DNA of 64,000 bases from the human T2T-CHM13v2.0 reference genome, Homo sapiens (GCF_009914755.1 NC_060942.1); one strand, 5' to 3'; counted from the stretch's first letter, positions 13,819 through 33,402 are shown. The notes: generated by a model not told the origin, from the sequence alone. Numbers and translations: made by a program.

Positions 13819-16800
13819 CATTATGAATAAGTAGTATTTATCCCTAGAATGCAAGTCTAAGCCAACATTTGAAAGTCAATTAATGTAACTCACCATATTA
13901 ATAAATGAAAGAAAAAAACATGATCATCCCAATAGGTGTAGGAAAAGCATCTGACAAAAGAAGAGAACTTTCTTAACTTGATAAAGGGCAACTCTACAAG
14001 GTGATACTGCTATATACCCATTATATGCTAAAATAAAGGGAACTTGCAATACTAAGTGCTTGTGAAGATGTGGAACTCCTGAAATTCTTAACCATTGCTT
14101 ATGAGAATGCAAAATGATATATCCCATCTGATAAAGAGTTTGGTAGCTTAAAAAAAAATAAAGTTAGCCATACACTTATCATACAACTCAACAATCAGTT
14201 ATTTATCCAACAGAAATAGGAACATTGGTTCACAGAAAAACATGTATGTGAATGTTTGTAATGGCTTTGCTCATAATTAATACCCAAACCTAAAAGCAAG
14301 CCTTTAAGTAATGAATGGATAAACAAATTGTGAAACATCCATACAATGGGATACTACTCAGCAGTAAAGAGGAATACATTATTAATACAGGAATCAACAT
14401 GAATAAAGCTCAAATGCACTCTGTCAAGTGAGGGAAGATAGACTCAAAAGGCTGCATATTCTACAATTCCACTCATATGACATTCTGGAGAAAACCAGGC
14501 TGTAAAAACAGACTGGAGGTTGCCAGGGCCTGGAGGTGGGAAAGCAGTTGACGCCAAAGGAAAATTTTGGAGATGTGATAGCCATGTTTTCTATCTTTGT
14601 TGTGGTTACCTAACTCTAGGCATTTGTAAAACCTCAGAACTATACACCAAGAAGAATGCATTTTACTTTATGTAAAGTAAGAATAAGTAAAATTAAAATT
14701 AACACATGCAAATAGAACAGTATCTAACATTATGAAAATATAGAAATTTTTTTAAAAATCGGACTGCTTGGAAAATCAGTGTTTAAACATAAATGGTTAC
14801 TTAGAAGAACTATATCATATTTTACATTGCTTATAGCCATTCATTGCTTAGTCCATGACTAGTTAATCATATTATTTGAAAGAAAAGATGGTTCTTGAGA
14901 AAAGGAGCATTGTCCAGCTGAGATTTGATGAGGGTAGAAGAGAGGTGAGGCAGTCTGGAATAAGGTGCCTCCTAAGTAGGGCAGACCCTGAAGATTTTCC
15001 AAGCTTCTGAGGATCTTGTACTTTACCTGTTATTCTCCTCTAGACCTTGGGTTCTATTTTTGTTCTTTTTATGGGCTTGTCAAAAACTCAAAACTGCACA
15101 TTTGTTATTGATTCAAACAATATTCCTACAACATAGTATTCATATTCCCATTTCACTGATGGAGAAACTGAAGCCAGAAAGACTAAGGGACATATTCAAG
15201 GCCTCAAAGCTAATAAGAACTAACCTTTAGTAAGATCCTAGTCTGCCAATGTCAATGTCTATGAAGTTGTAACAGCTGGGAGCAATCTCAACATTCTGGA
15301 AGCGTTTTTTGTTTGCTTGCTCATGGGTGATCGTGAAAGCTCCATGAACAGAGCTGAGCTTCGAAGCTTCAGATGGGACAAGCCAGTCAGTTAAACAGTG
15401 TATCAACCCCCTCCTTGGTTATTAATAAGCTGGGTATTTCTTGAAAGGAATTCTAATTCTTACCTACTCCACAGAGATGCCAGAAAGATCAATTAGCTGA
15501 TGCTCATCTGAGACAGAACAAAAACAAAAATGGAAAATAAAAAGATCTATAAATGATTCTTTCCTCAGTTATTATCATTGTTATTATCACCATCATCACC
15601 ATCATCATTATTTCTGCTGAGTTACTGCTTCATCAGACTACTCCTATATCTTCAATCAGGGGAGAAACAGCCTGAATGAAACCTGGAAATTAAGGAATTA
15701 GGAGAGACATGCATCTAAGGATGGGGTGGGAGCTTTCCATGCTTAAGTATCACATCGCCCCTCAAACTTTCCATTTCTGCCCTGGGTCTATTCAACACTG
15801 AGGGAGGCCTAACATGAAAGTGGGATAAAGGTCCCCCTCCCTTCCAGTCCAGCCTTCAATGCCCTCCCTTCCCCCAAATTCCCAGACACCTGCATTGATG
15901 CTGTTCTTTCTCCTTCTGCCTTCAAATTCTCATCTTTTCCATCAAGCATGGGTATTTTCCACTAATGCACTATCTCCAGAGGCTGCAGCTAAAATGGTCA
16001 AAGATTAGGTGAGAGTACCTTCAGCCTTCTGCCCTGTTGGCACAAGTGTCAGGGGGACACCAAAGGCCTGGCCCAGGGTAGCAGGGGATACTGAAGGGGA
16101 GAAGTGACCCAAGGCGCACTGATGACAATGAGGTCAGAGGAGTGCTGGGGGAGCTGTCCAAAGTGCCAGGACCATGGTCCAGCAGGCAAAGGGTGCTGGG
16201 TGGTGAAGCAGGGGAAGGATATAGGACGGTGGCCCCCAGGGGAAAGCATTCTACATATAAAGTTTGTCTCATCCCACCTTCTGTCTGGGACAGTGGCGTC
16301 CCATGACATTCACAGTCACAGTGTGTAATGGAGCTGCAAGAGAGGGCCTTGGAGAGCATCAAATTCGATCCTGGTGTTAGAGGCTTAAATGGAGCCAATG
16401 AGTTGTTGCCCAGGGACACACAGAGCCAGGATTCTAAAGTGTTCCCAAGTCCTTCCTCTTTCAATAAGGCCCTCCTGATCCGACTTCTCCCTCCTCTTCA
16501 AACTTGTAATTACTTATTCAGGGGATCTCTTCCCTTCAAGTCTGTAAGCTCCGTAAGTGCAGATATTGTGTCTATCTGGTTTAGCATATATCCCTAGTGC
16601 CTGGAGTAATGTGTAATTCTGTGGTATATGTGTGTGTGAGTGTATACATTGCATGTTTGGATGTGTGTGTGTGTGCATGGTGTAAACATGGTACTTGTAG
16701 TATCCACCTTTGGTTCTCTTTCCTTGCCTCCTTTCCTCAAAAGCACCGAGTCTTTTTCTACTTCTTTTTTTTTCCCCACTATCCTCAGTATTTTGTTCAG

Positions 16801-17129
16801 AGTGAGCATTTGCTCTATGTTTGATGACAATTTGTTGATTTCAAAAGAATTTACAACAAAGCAGTGATAATCATACCTACATTGGTCTAGCTCTATTTAA
16901 TTTTAAGTGTCTTTGTATAAGTGAAAATTAATTGCTCATTTTTAGTATTGCACATTTCAAAGCCCTTTTAAATGCACATCAGTTAGTAAATAAATTCAGT
17001 TGGTAGGCATTTTTTATCTGTTGCAGGAAAATGGGAAGATGATCCACTTAGTAGAGAGAAGATTTTTTGTCAGATTCTATTTGAAGAAGTCTATTACTTT
17101 TCCTTCTAATGGGGTAGGGGAGAAAGGCA

Positions 17130-17320
17130 GAGTTGAAATGGAATTCATGCCCTGTTACCTACTGGCTGGCCCTCTCAACAACTTTTGCAAACTTTCTGTC
17201 TCAATTTCCTCATCTAGAAAAGCAGCATAATAAAACTTCATTCCTAGGGCTGCCTGTGAGAAGCAGGGAGAGCATCTGGGCTGTGCCTAGCACACAAAAG
17301 GCATTCTGTAAATGTTAGTT
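17130..17320 (+). mobile_element. MIR SINE remnant (representative; similar remnants near 7.8, 15.2, 15.4, 18.6, 21.4, 24.7, 25.9, 33.5 and 57.6 kb)
   Basis: MIR core TTTCTGTCTCAATTTCCTCATCTAGAAAA..ATAATAAAAC and 3' GTGCCTAGCACACAAAAGGC..TAAATGTTAG. Confidence 0.6.
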
Positions 17321-17478
17321 TTCCCTTCTCTTCCCTTCTCATTTGGGCAAGACTTCCTGGAAGGGCTAAGATTTATAACTCTTCTGAATAATAAGAGAGT
17401 ATCCAGACATTGACCTTGTACTCATTTCCATGGTTTCCAGAGTCCCTCTCCCCAACTGCTACTCTTGTGAAAGTTAAA

Positions 17479-17506
17479 ACACACACACAGACACACACAC
17501 ACACAC
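17479..17506. repeat. (CA)n microsatellite, interrupted
   Basis: ACACACACACAGACACACACACACACAC read directly. Confidence 0.9.
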
Positions 17507-18978
17507 AGCCACCCTCCTCCAGGCTTTCTCTAGCACACTGTCTCACTTACCCTCTGCCCCATCCATTTCTTCCATTTGAAACTCTTGAGAAGGAATCACC
17601 CCATCTGCCTCTATTTATGTTTGTTTTTCCAAAACAGCTCTTGTGAAATGCAAAGTTTTAATAACAGAGAAATGATCATTTGGTGGATTGTAGAGCAGTA
17701 AAAGCTAGGTTGGAAGCTGTACACACACCAAAATACTGGGCCTGCTTGATGTTTGTAGTAGGGAAAGGTGATCTTTACTAAACAAAACATGCAGGAAATG
17801 TGAACCAGGTTTCCTCTTCCCTTACTTCTCCAGCAGAAATTAAACAACTTTTACACCCCACGTAGTCTTCAGTAGAGGATGCTAATGATGTCTCTGTTGC
17901 CCTCTACATCTGATCAAACTTTATTGTCTGTGTCAGGCTGCCAATTAAGGCATGGCTCTCCTATTGCACAAACTTCCCGAGCCACCTTAAAGGTTAATTG
18001 AATCATGTACACGCGACACTCCAGTGGACATGGGGCTGTAGATTTCCTCTCAGACAGTGGATCTTTTGGGAGAACAAATTAAAAAATAGTGTGATTGTTA
18101 TACAGCCAGAGTGAAGGCTCCTAGGGGGTAGAGAAGAAGTAACCAGAGCCCATCTTTCTGTCTCAGCCTTTCTTCTTGTCCATGTGTTCAGCTTTTTCAT
18201 GGCATCTCTTTCAAGTTCTCATGAGCATCTTCCATTTCTGCTCTTCTCCATGCAATGCCATTTGCTGAAAAAGACAGAAGTTGTCTAAGGCACGTCCATT
18301 TGGGGCATTAAATCTGACTGAGGTGGCCAGCCATGGCCTGACCCCCAAGGCAAACCTTTGACCAAAGACTGGCTTCTTCCAATGCATTTCCTCAAAATGC
18401 ACATCATACTTCTCAGGGGACTGTCTCTAAGATAATATGCTTATGTGATTATAGACCTCCCCAAAGCTAGAAACTATGACCCAGAATAAACCATAGTTTT
18501 CAGGATTTGCTGAATGAATAAAAAGAATCATAAGATCATGGACTGCTCAAACTGGAAAGGTCTCTAGAGATCCTTTCCCTCAGTCCCCTTACACTGCAGA
18601 TGAGAAACAGGTCAGAAGGGATGCATGGCACTCCCAAGTGTACAAGGACATGGCAAAAAAGAAACTGTTGTAGAATCTTGGTTTCCTGAATGAGGGAAAT
18701 CCTACAGATAGGACTGGAGCTGTCTAAGCCTGTTTGTGAATCTGCTCTGTGCTCACCCCTATCAGGGACATCCATATATAAATCAGCATTGGCCATTGTG
18801 AGGAAGTGCTACAAAGAACTTTATAAATTTATTAAATCAGATCCCTGAGGACCTCCACTTGATATCATCTTTAGTCCCATTAATGCCCTTAAAAACAATT
18901 TGCTTGGGATGACACTAGTGGCGGAGGCAATGGCCAGCAACCCTCTGTAAGCGAGGCGTGGAAGACATATGCTTGTGA

Positions 18979-19737
<759 letters not shown>

Positions 19738-20072
19738 TGAGACATAGATAAAATCACATTGACATGTTTTTGAGGAATTGAAAATTATGCTAAAGCCTGA
19801 AAATGTAATGGATGAATTTTTTAAATTGTTTATAAATCACATGATAGATCTATACTAAAAATGGCTTTTTAGTAAAGCTGTTTACTTTTTCTAAAAAAGT
19901 TTTAGGAGAAAAAGATGTAACTAAACTTTTCAAGTAGCTCCTTTGGAGAGGAGATTATGATGTGAAAGATTATGCCTGTGTGTCTTACAGATTGCAAGAT
20001 ATTTTATCAATCAGTGTGTGTTACCTGTACAATTAAAAAAATATTTTAAAATGCAATGCATATTAAACATAA

Positions 20073-20411
<339 letters not shown>

Positions 20412-20550
20412 TAGAATTGTTGAAAAAAATATAACACTTCAGTAGGGTTCAAGGTGGTCCCAAAAGTTATATAAAAGATTAGTTTTTACTATAAACCCTT
20501 GTCTTTTACTCAGATCCTAGCATCCCTTTTCACATGGTTTCTCCATATAT

Positions 20551-20630
20551 GTAACAGAATCAAGAAACAAATTTTAATTAAACAATCTGTAACAGAATCA
20601 AGAAACAAATAAATTTTAATTAAACAATCT
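20551..20630 (+). repeat. Tandem duplication of a 38-bp unit in the TPMT-derived 3'UTR
   Basis: GTAACAGAATCAAGAAACAAATTTTAATTAAACAATCT (20551-20588) is repeated at 20589-20630 with a 4-bp insertion. Confidence 0.9.
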
Positions 20631-21959
20631 ATATGGAACAAACATTCCCAAATTCTAAGAATAAATTTTTCTTTAAGTTTAAAACAAACAAACAAAAAAA
20701 CAAAAAAAAAACAATTTGCTTTTCTGATTTTGTTTAGATTACTGTTTTCCAAGTTATTGCAAGTGGATGAAGTATACTGGTTAACAGAACTTACTTTTTC
20801 TAAGTCAGATGAGCCTTAAATTGTGACTTTCTTTAAGAAGATAGCTCACAATAGACTTCTAGATTATGTACTTTGAAGATTGTGACAGGGAATCCCCGTG
20901 TTGAGGGCCATATTACAGGCCGAGAGTCAGAGACTCATAGGATCTCAGGGATGGACTTCCCCAACTAACACCCTGCACAGTTCCTGGGCCTTAATAAATA
21001 ACTGGTGAATGCATGCAAACAGAAACAGGTAGATGGATGGATTGACAGATCGATGAAGAGATGGATGAACAGATGGCTGAGTTTCCTCAACTTCCACCCT
21101 CCAAGTATCAAAATGGGATCTTTTACTCTTGAAGGCAATGAGATTAGTATCTTGTGTGTTAGCCTGGACCAGTTCAGTCAGCTGTAACTGTTAGAAAGTT
21201 CTTCCTTACATTAAGCCTAAGTCTGCCAGTGGCTTATAATGTCTGAGGTCCCAGTTTTGTTTTGAGACACAATGCAGAATAAATATTTATCTCACTCCCA
21301 CATGATAGTCCTTTAGTTATTTAAAAACAGTTGCCAGATAGACTTATATTTTCTATTTTGTTTCAACCATTCATCTAATTGCTTATCTACCTTATGAGAT
21401 TATTTCAAGTATTAAGTTAGATGTCTATTCAATGCCTGGCATATAGTAAGCAGTCAGTAAATAGTAGATATTATCATTGTTATAAAGCCTTTGATTCCAA
21501 ACTCCCCCAATATTATATTTTAAAATGTCCTGTCTCCAAGAGATTTTGCATGAGACTTTTTAAAAATGAAATAAGCCAGCCTGAGCTAAATAGGAGCATA
21601 CAGACCACAACTGGGGACAAAAAACATGTGTCAAGTGCTGGGAGCTTACTCATTTGGATCAGAACAGGATTACCCAAAGGGAAGAAAGAAAAGGACCCAT
21701 AAAATCAGCATTCGCTACAGTATCTTGGGCAAGGCATAGCTATGAGCAGCAAGTTTTAATAAGCTTGCATAATAAACTTTGGAGCCCTTTAGGAAGTCCA
21801 TTCCAGATGGGAAGCTCAATCACAATGACCTTGATGGTATTCTGGTCCCAGACATGTCTCTGGACATGCTCTTGTTTGTATCATGTACACACAATGCCCC
21901 CTTGCAAAAAGACCCAACCAGACCAGAATACGAAACTTCCTATGTGGCCCAACCATTTC

Positions 21960-23500
21960 CTGTGGCAGAAATCACTAGCTATTCACCCAAATCCCCTTCC
22001 CTGTCTTCTTTTTAGGCACATGGCTGATTACATTTCCCAGTCTTTGTAATTAGGTATGGCCATATGGAATTTTTATCTGATGAAATGTGAGAGGATGTTG
22101 ATGTATTCCACTTGTAGATTTTTAAGATAAAAGATATGCTTCCTCTCCAACATGCCTTCTGTCCTCTGATACCAGTTGGTATAGTTTATAACCCAAGGTC
22201 AAGGGTTTCATAGACTCTCAAGAGGGAAGGAAGCTGGATACTTGAGTCACTATGTAGAAAAGAGCTGCCCAGTGGTCAGTAAATCAAAATTGCACTGTTA
22301 CTTAAGCAAAAATAAACTTCCGTTGTGCTTGACATTTTGAAGTAGGTTCAAAAATCTAAAATATGTGGCACTGGCTTAGGAGTCTGGTGATGAGCAGCAG
22401 AGAAAGACACTGGAGGCAGGAAAGAAGGAGATCCATGTCAAGCAGTTGCAAAATCTATGATAGACCTGTCACATTCTCTAACATGGAAGCCAACAAAGTA
22501 CTTACAGAATGTCCAGCTGTAAGGAAAGAATCTGAACAAGAGCCAGAAAGATGGGTTTCATATATATAACTAATAAGAGATATGAGCTCTGGCATTCAAG
22601 AGTAGGAATGAAAGGGAAGAGAACACGCCCAGAAGTTAGAGAGTTTACCTCATTCGAAAAGTAAATTGCTCCTGAGCCAGAACAAGCAGGAGATGAGGCT
22701 TCTGCCATCCTGCTCCAGCCTGTTGTTTGAGATGTCCTCAGTGTAGCCTCTACCAACTTGCAAAAGAGAGGCGTGAACCCAGTTCTGAGAACTATGTCCA
22801 GCATAGAAGTTTGGATGTGATTCTGAGCATGGGAGGTTGACTAGAAGTAAACAGGCCAGAAATTTTTGAGAGAATTATACAGTTAGAAAGGCCACTGACT
22901 GTATGAATCCTAAAATGACTCCAGGTCTCTACACTTGCATGAGCAGAAAAAAAAAAAAGCTATGAAAGTTGGACAGCACCCAAAGGATGCACACACCGCC
23001 ATGCCCACGGCAGAGGGGGTGTGAAGGATAATGAATGCAGAGGAGCATCTTACAAAGTAAAGTCAGGGGCCATGGAGGTCAATGGACAAAGGGCTCTTCC
23101 CTTGGAGAAAAATCAAGGTCTAGTCAGGGAAATTCCTTCAGGACAGGGGCAGGGGCTCTTGTCCAGGCCAGCTGAGCAGGATTCATCATTGCCAGAGACC
23201 CAGGACTGCCATGTTCTGCCAATTCTCCTTGCCACTCATAGAAGTCACTATTCTGCTTGCCTTGTCCTGCTCATCTCTATACACTGCCAGTGTGTGTGAA
23301 AGTGGGGAGAAGAGGTGACTTGTTATCAGCCCCAACATAATCATATCCAGACATGTGGCAAGGACTGTCCATCACCCAAAGGTGCTGGCCTTGGGTCTAG
23401 ATTCAGTAACTAGAGGGGACTTTGGGTTATCTCTCCAGGAGAAGGGGAGGGGCTTATATGCAGGACGAGGAATGCTGGAGGATAATCGGTGGCCACAGGA
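21960..23500 (+). mobile_element. MaLR MLT1-type LTR plus internal sequence remnant
   Basis: LTR motifs TACATTTCCCAG..TAGGTATGGCCATATG and GGAAGCTGGATACTTGAGTCACTATGTAGAA..AATAAACTTC, followed by the MLT1-int-like start AAAATCTAAAATATGTGGCACTGGCTTAG. 3' limit is uncertain. Confidence 0.5.
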
Positions 23501-24774
23501 GTAGGCAGATACCCCAGCCTGGGCTTCCCTGGCTAATACATGGTCACTCTACTTTGAAACTGCATGCATTTGTAAATCTTCCTGGGCAAAGATATAAAAC
23601 TCCCCATGTGGTCTGACCAGAGTCCTGAACTTGCAATTTCTACTATTATGGGAGCTCAGTGAAACTGAAGATGCTCACAAGCTTCCCTTCTTCTACTTAG
23701 AGGTGACTTCTTCCAGCCATGGAAATGACAAAACTACTCCCCCAATTACTTCCATGTCCCACCCTAAGTACCTGGGACACAGACATGTACAGATCAGAAA
23801 CCTCCTGGATCCCTCAACCTGCATGGTCCCTCCCTCCTTTGCCAGAACTTACTGTCGGGGCCACTCTTTTAGTACCTGTTATATGCTCTGCCTCACATAC
23901 TTGTTTTTATTTCTTAATAATAAAATTTGTGAGTAAATTCCATGAACAAGAACAGTTTCTTACATGTATCCTCCACGGAACTGCCCAATCATAAATAATC
24001 AATAAATGTCTGTTTATTAACTGGGTGGCCAATTTACATAGTAAGTAAATATTAATTCCTTTTATTTTGTAAACACTTCTTGAGCATTTGTGATGTGCCA
24101 GGCACTGGGGTAAGAGCCCTCTTTGCCACCAAGCCACTCATGCTCTTGTGGGGAAAATAGACACATAAAGAAGCACTAGGTCAAAGACAAGTTGAGACAG
24201 AGACAAGTGTGGGACACTGTGGTGTCATGGGGAAGGGTACCTGGCCTGGGCCTGGGGGCGTTGGAATTGAAAGCTTCTTGGAGGCAGGAGGACAACAATG
24301 ATTCGAACCCAAGCCCCCACTCGTATCCAATTGTCTTTTCAATGGGAACTCAAATTTTAAAAGAGATAATCCTTATTACCTGCCTAATTTATTTTTTAGA
24401 AGTGGAGATGTATAACCTGGGTGAGCTGAGCTGCAGGGCAGGCTGCGTCCCTAGCAATTGGCATGGGCTTTATCAGAGTGGCACTACACTTTGGGGGTGT
24501 TGTCACACCCTTCTGACAGCTGATTCCATTTCTGTTACAACCGGCCCAAGTGTCTCAGGGCTGGTTGGGAAAGTGTCTGAGTGTTTATCACAGGGGCTGT
24601 GGTTGGCAGAAGCCTTCAGAGTAACACAACGACTAAGAACACACCCTTCAATGTCGGGCTCTATAAAACTTACTGCCTATGTGACTTAAACTTAACTGCT
24701 CTATGCTCAGTTTCTTCACCTTTAAAATAAGGATGATAACAGTGTGGGGAAAGATCAAATGAGATAATTTGAAG

Positions 24775-25525
<751 letters not shown>

Positions 25526-27247
25526 TTTCTAAGCAACTTTTGACTCTTTTAGAAAAATTACATCCACCTTAAACGATTAAAAACATATGAAGATATTTGA
25601 GGGCTTATGCCAAGATTGTGATGGAAATTCCCAAAGACGATTCTAGTTATGCTCAGCAAAGTCCACATAGTGAAAACCCACAGACAGCCTTCCAACAAGC
25701 TACTTTGAAGGACTTTGTTGTCTCTCCTGAAGAGACAACATTCATCTGAGCATGGTGTTTTGAACTAATTGTTTTTAAAACTCAATCCTGTTACCTCATA
25801 GCAGACTCTTTGGCAATAGAAAATGGTAATTAATAGAGTCTGGGGTCAGTTTGCCTTGGTTCATAGCACTTACTAATTCTTCAACCTCAGTTTCCTTGTC
25901 TATTCAGATTAAATGAGTTACTATACATGAAGGACTCAGAAAATACCTGGCACATACTAAGTACTCAACACAAGTTTTCATCATATGTCTTCAGCAACTT
26001 TTTTGCTCTTTGTCATTAACACTTTTTGTCCCATTATACTCTTAACAATTCTGAACTCCTCAGCTTATTCTGGTTCTAGAGCTTAATGAAATTTGAGCAA
26101 GAATCCTGTAGTTATTCAATCCACTGGATTAGGTACTCCAAGCTTATAGCATGGAGAAATGTGTAAACCTTTCACTGCATAGATAGGGTATGAAATACAT
26201 TTGGAAATGGGGAGGACAAGCCAAGATGGCCGAATAGGAACAGCTCTGGTCTACAGCTCCCAGCATAAGCGACGCAGAAGAAGGGTGATTTCTGCACTTC
26301 CATCTGAGGTACTGGGTTCATCTCACTAGGGAGTGCCAGACAGTGGGCGCAGGACAGTGGGTGCAGCTCACAGTGCACAAGCCGAAGCAGGGCGAGGCAT
26401 TGCCTCACTCGGGATGCCCAAGGGGTCAGGGAGTTCCCTTACCTAGTCAAAGAAAGGGGTGACAGACGGCCCCTGGAAAATCGGGTCACTCCCACCCTAA
26501 TACTGCGCTGTTCCCATGGGCTTAAAAAAACAGTGCACCAGGAGATTATATCCCACACCTGGCTCGGAGGGTCCTACGCCCATGGAGTCTTGCTGATTGC
26601 TAGCACAGCAGTCTGAGATCAAACTGCAAGGCCGCAGCGAAGCTAGGGGAGGGGCGCCCGCCATTGCCCAGGCTGGCTTAGGTAAACAAAGCAGCCAGGA
26701 AGCTCGAACTGGGTGGAGCCCACCACAGCTCAAGGAGGCCTGCCTGCCTCTGTAGGCTCCACCTCTGGGGGCAGGGCACAGACAAACAAAAAGACAGCAG
26801 TAACCTCTGTAGACTTAAATGTCCCTGTCTGACAGCTTTGAAGAGAGCAGTGGTTCTCCCAGCACGCAGCTGGAGATCTGAGAACGGGCAGACTGCCTCC
26901 TCAAGTGGGTCCCTGACCCCTGACCCCCAAACAGCCTAACTGGGAGGCACCCCCCAGTAGGGGCAGACTGACACGTCACACAGCTGGGTACTCCTCTTAG
27001 ACAAAACTTCCAGAGGAACGACCAGACAGCAGCATTTGCGGTTCACGAAAATCTGCTCTTCTGCAGCTACTGCTGCTGATACCCAGGTAAACAGGGTCTG
27101 GAGTGGACCTCTAGCAAACTCCAACAGACCTGCAGCTGAGGGTCCTGTCTGTTAGAAAGAAAACTAACAAACAGAAAGGACATCCACACCAAAAACCCAT
27201 CTGTACATCACCATCATCAAAGACCAAAAGTAGATAAAACCACAAAG

Positions 27248-28263
27248 ATGGGGAAAAAACAGAGCAGAAAAAATGGAAACTCTAAAAAGCAGAGCACCTC
27301 TCCTCCTCCAAAGGAATGCAGTTCCTCACCAGCAATGGAACAAAGCTGGATGGAGAATGACTTTGACGAGTTGAGAGAAGAAGCCTTCAGACGATCAAAC
27401 TACTCCAAGCTACAGGAGGAAATTCAAACCAAAGGCAAAGAAGTTAAAAACTTTGAAAAAAATTTAGACGAATGTATAACTAGAATAACCAATACAGAGA
27501 AGTGCTTAAAGGAGCTGATGGAGCTGAAAGCCAAGGCTTGAGAACTACATGAAGAATGCAGAAGCCTCAGGAGCCGATGCAATCAACTGGAAGAAAGGGT
27601 ATCAGTGATGGAAGATGAAATGAATGAAATGAAGCGAGAAGGGAAGTTTAGACAAAAAAGAATAAAAAGAAACAAACAAAGCCTCCAAGAAATATGGGAC
27701 TATGTGAAAAGACCAAATCTACGTCTGATTGGTGTACCTGAAAGTGACGGAGAGAATGGAACCAAGTTGGAAAACACTCTGCAGGATATTATCCAGGAGA
27801 ACTTCCCCAATGTAGCAAGGCAGGCCAACATTCAGATTCAGGAAATAGAGAGAATGCCACAAAGATACTCCTTGAGAAGAACAACTCCAAGACACATAAT
27901 TGTCAGATTCACCAAAGTTGAAATGAGGAAAAAATGTTAAGGGCAGCCAGAGAGAAAGGTCGGGTTACCCACAAAGGGAAGCCCATCAGACTAACAGCGG
28001 ATCTCTCGGCAGAAACTCTACAAGCCAGAAGAGAGTGGGGGCCAATATTCGACATTCTTAAAGAAAAGAATTTTCAACCCAGAATTTCATATCCAGCCAA
28101 ATTAAGCTTCATAAGTGAAGGAGAAATAAAATACTTTACAGACAGGCAAATGCTGAGAGATTTTGTCACCACCAGGCCTGCCCTAAAAGAGCTCCTGAAG
28201 GAAGCACTAAACATGGAAAGGAACAACCAGTACCAGCCACTGCAAAATCATGCCAAAGTGTAA
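27248..28263 (+). pseudogene. L1 ORF1p, disrupted
   Basis: MGKKQSRK start; CGA>TGA at 27539-27541; 1-bp deletion near 27925-27930; three ORF pieces end at ...QNHAKV*. Confidence 0.93.
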
Positions 28264-28311
28264 AGACCATCGAGGCTGGGAAGAAACTGCATCAACTAAT
28301 GAGCAAAATAA

Positions 28312-32152
<3,841 letters not shown>

Positions 32153-32587
32153 ACAATGAGAACACATGGACACAGGAAGGGGAACATCACACTCTGGGGA
32201 CTGTTGTGGGGTGGGGGGAGGGGGGAGGGATAGCATTAGGAGATATACCTAATGCTAAATGACGAGTTAATGGGTGCAGCACACCAGTATGGCACATGTA
32301 TACATATGTAACTAACCTGCACATTGTGCACATGTACCCTAAAACTTAAATAATAATAAAATAAAATAAAATAAATACATTTGGAAAGAGAGGAAGGGCT
32401 GTTGCTTACTGTTTCCAAGGACTTGAAAACCAAAAAAGGGATTAACATTAATTACATGGAGTATTTTCAATGTGTATTATTTATCTTCCAATCAGGACAC
32501 TTTTGGGATTGGAAGATATAAACCAAGACTGTCCCAGATAAACCAGAATGCATAGTCTCCCTAAAAATGTTTCAGGCAATGTACTTG

Positions 32588-33402
32588 TGCCATGGCTTAG
32601 ATGTTTGTCCCCTCCAAACCTCTTGTTGAAATTTGATCCCAATGTTAGAGGTGGGGCCTAATGGGAAGTGTTTGGGTCATGGGGGGTAGATCCCTCATGA
32701 ATAGATTAGCACCCTCCCTGAGGGTAAGTGAGTTCTCACTCTATTAGTTCCCACAAGAGCTGGTTGTGAAAAAGATCTGGCACCTCCCCTGTCTTGCTTC
32801 TTCTCTCACTATGTGATCTCTGCATTTGCCATCTCCATGAGTAGAAGGTAAAAGGGAGATGGGAGATGGCAGGTGCGCTCATGGTGGAAGGCGAAGGGGA
32901 GATGCAGGTACACTCATGGTGGAAGGTGAAGGGCAGATGCAGATGCACTCATGGTGGAAGGTGAAGGGGAGATGACATGTGCACTCATGGTGGAGGGTGA
33001 AGGGGAGTTGACAGGTGTACTCACGGTGGAAGGTAAGGGGAGATGCAGGTGCACTCATGGTGGAAGGTGAAGGGGAGATGCAGGTGCACTCATGGTGGAG
33101 GGTGAAGGGAAGGTGGTTGGTGCATTCATGGTGGAAGGTGAAGGGAAGTTGCAGGTGTATTCATGGTGGAAGGTGAAGGGGAGATGCAGGTGTACTCATG
33201 GTGGAGGGTGAAGGGGAGATGCAGGTGCACTCATGGTGGAAGGCGAAGGGGAGATGGCATGTACAGCCTGAGGCTTTCATCAGACACAGATGCCCAATCT
33301 TGAACTTTTCAGCCATCAGAATCATAAGCCAAATAAATTTTTTTTCTTTTTAAATACTCAGCCTTGGGTATTCCTTTATAGCAACACAAACAGACTAAGG
33401 CA
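32588..33402 (+). mobile_element. MaLR solo LTR, MSTB-like, interrupted by a minisatellite
   Basis: TGCCATGGCTTAGATGTTTGTCCCCTCCAAAC...GATCCCTCATGAATAGATT...GTGAGTTCTCACTCTATTAGTTCCC; resumes CAGCCTGAGGC..AGCCAAATAAA..GCAACACAAACAGACTAAGGCA. Confidence 0.85.
32845..33263 (+). repeat. About 35-bp minisatellite (VNTR), about 11 copies plus a partial
   Basis: Unit ACTCATGGTGGAAGGTGAAGGGGAGATGCAGGTGC; CATGG/CACGG recurs near 32880, 32915, 32950, 32986, 33022, 33056, 33091, 33127, 33162, 33197 and 33232. Confidence 0.95.

Noticed and set aside
24192-24689. 165-aa ORF
   Set aside because: Non-ATG start, runs through L2/MIR-like remnants, no recognisable homology.
32845-33263. 35-bp periodic array as a CRISPR array
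   Set aside because: Units are head-to-tail with no unique spacers, there are no cas genes, and the array lies inside a mammalian LTR.
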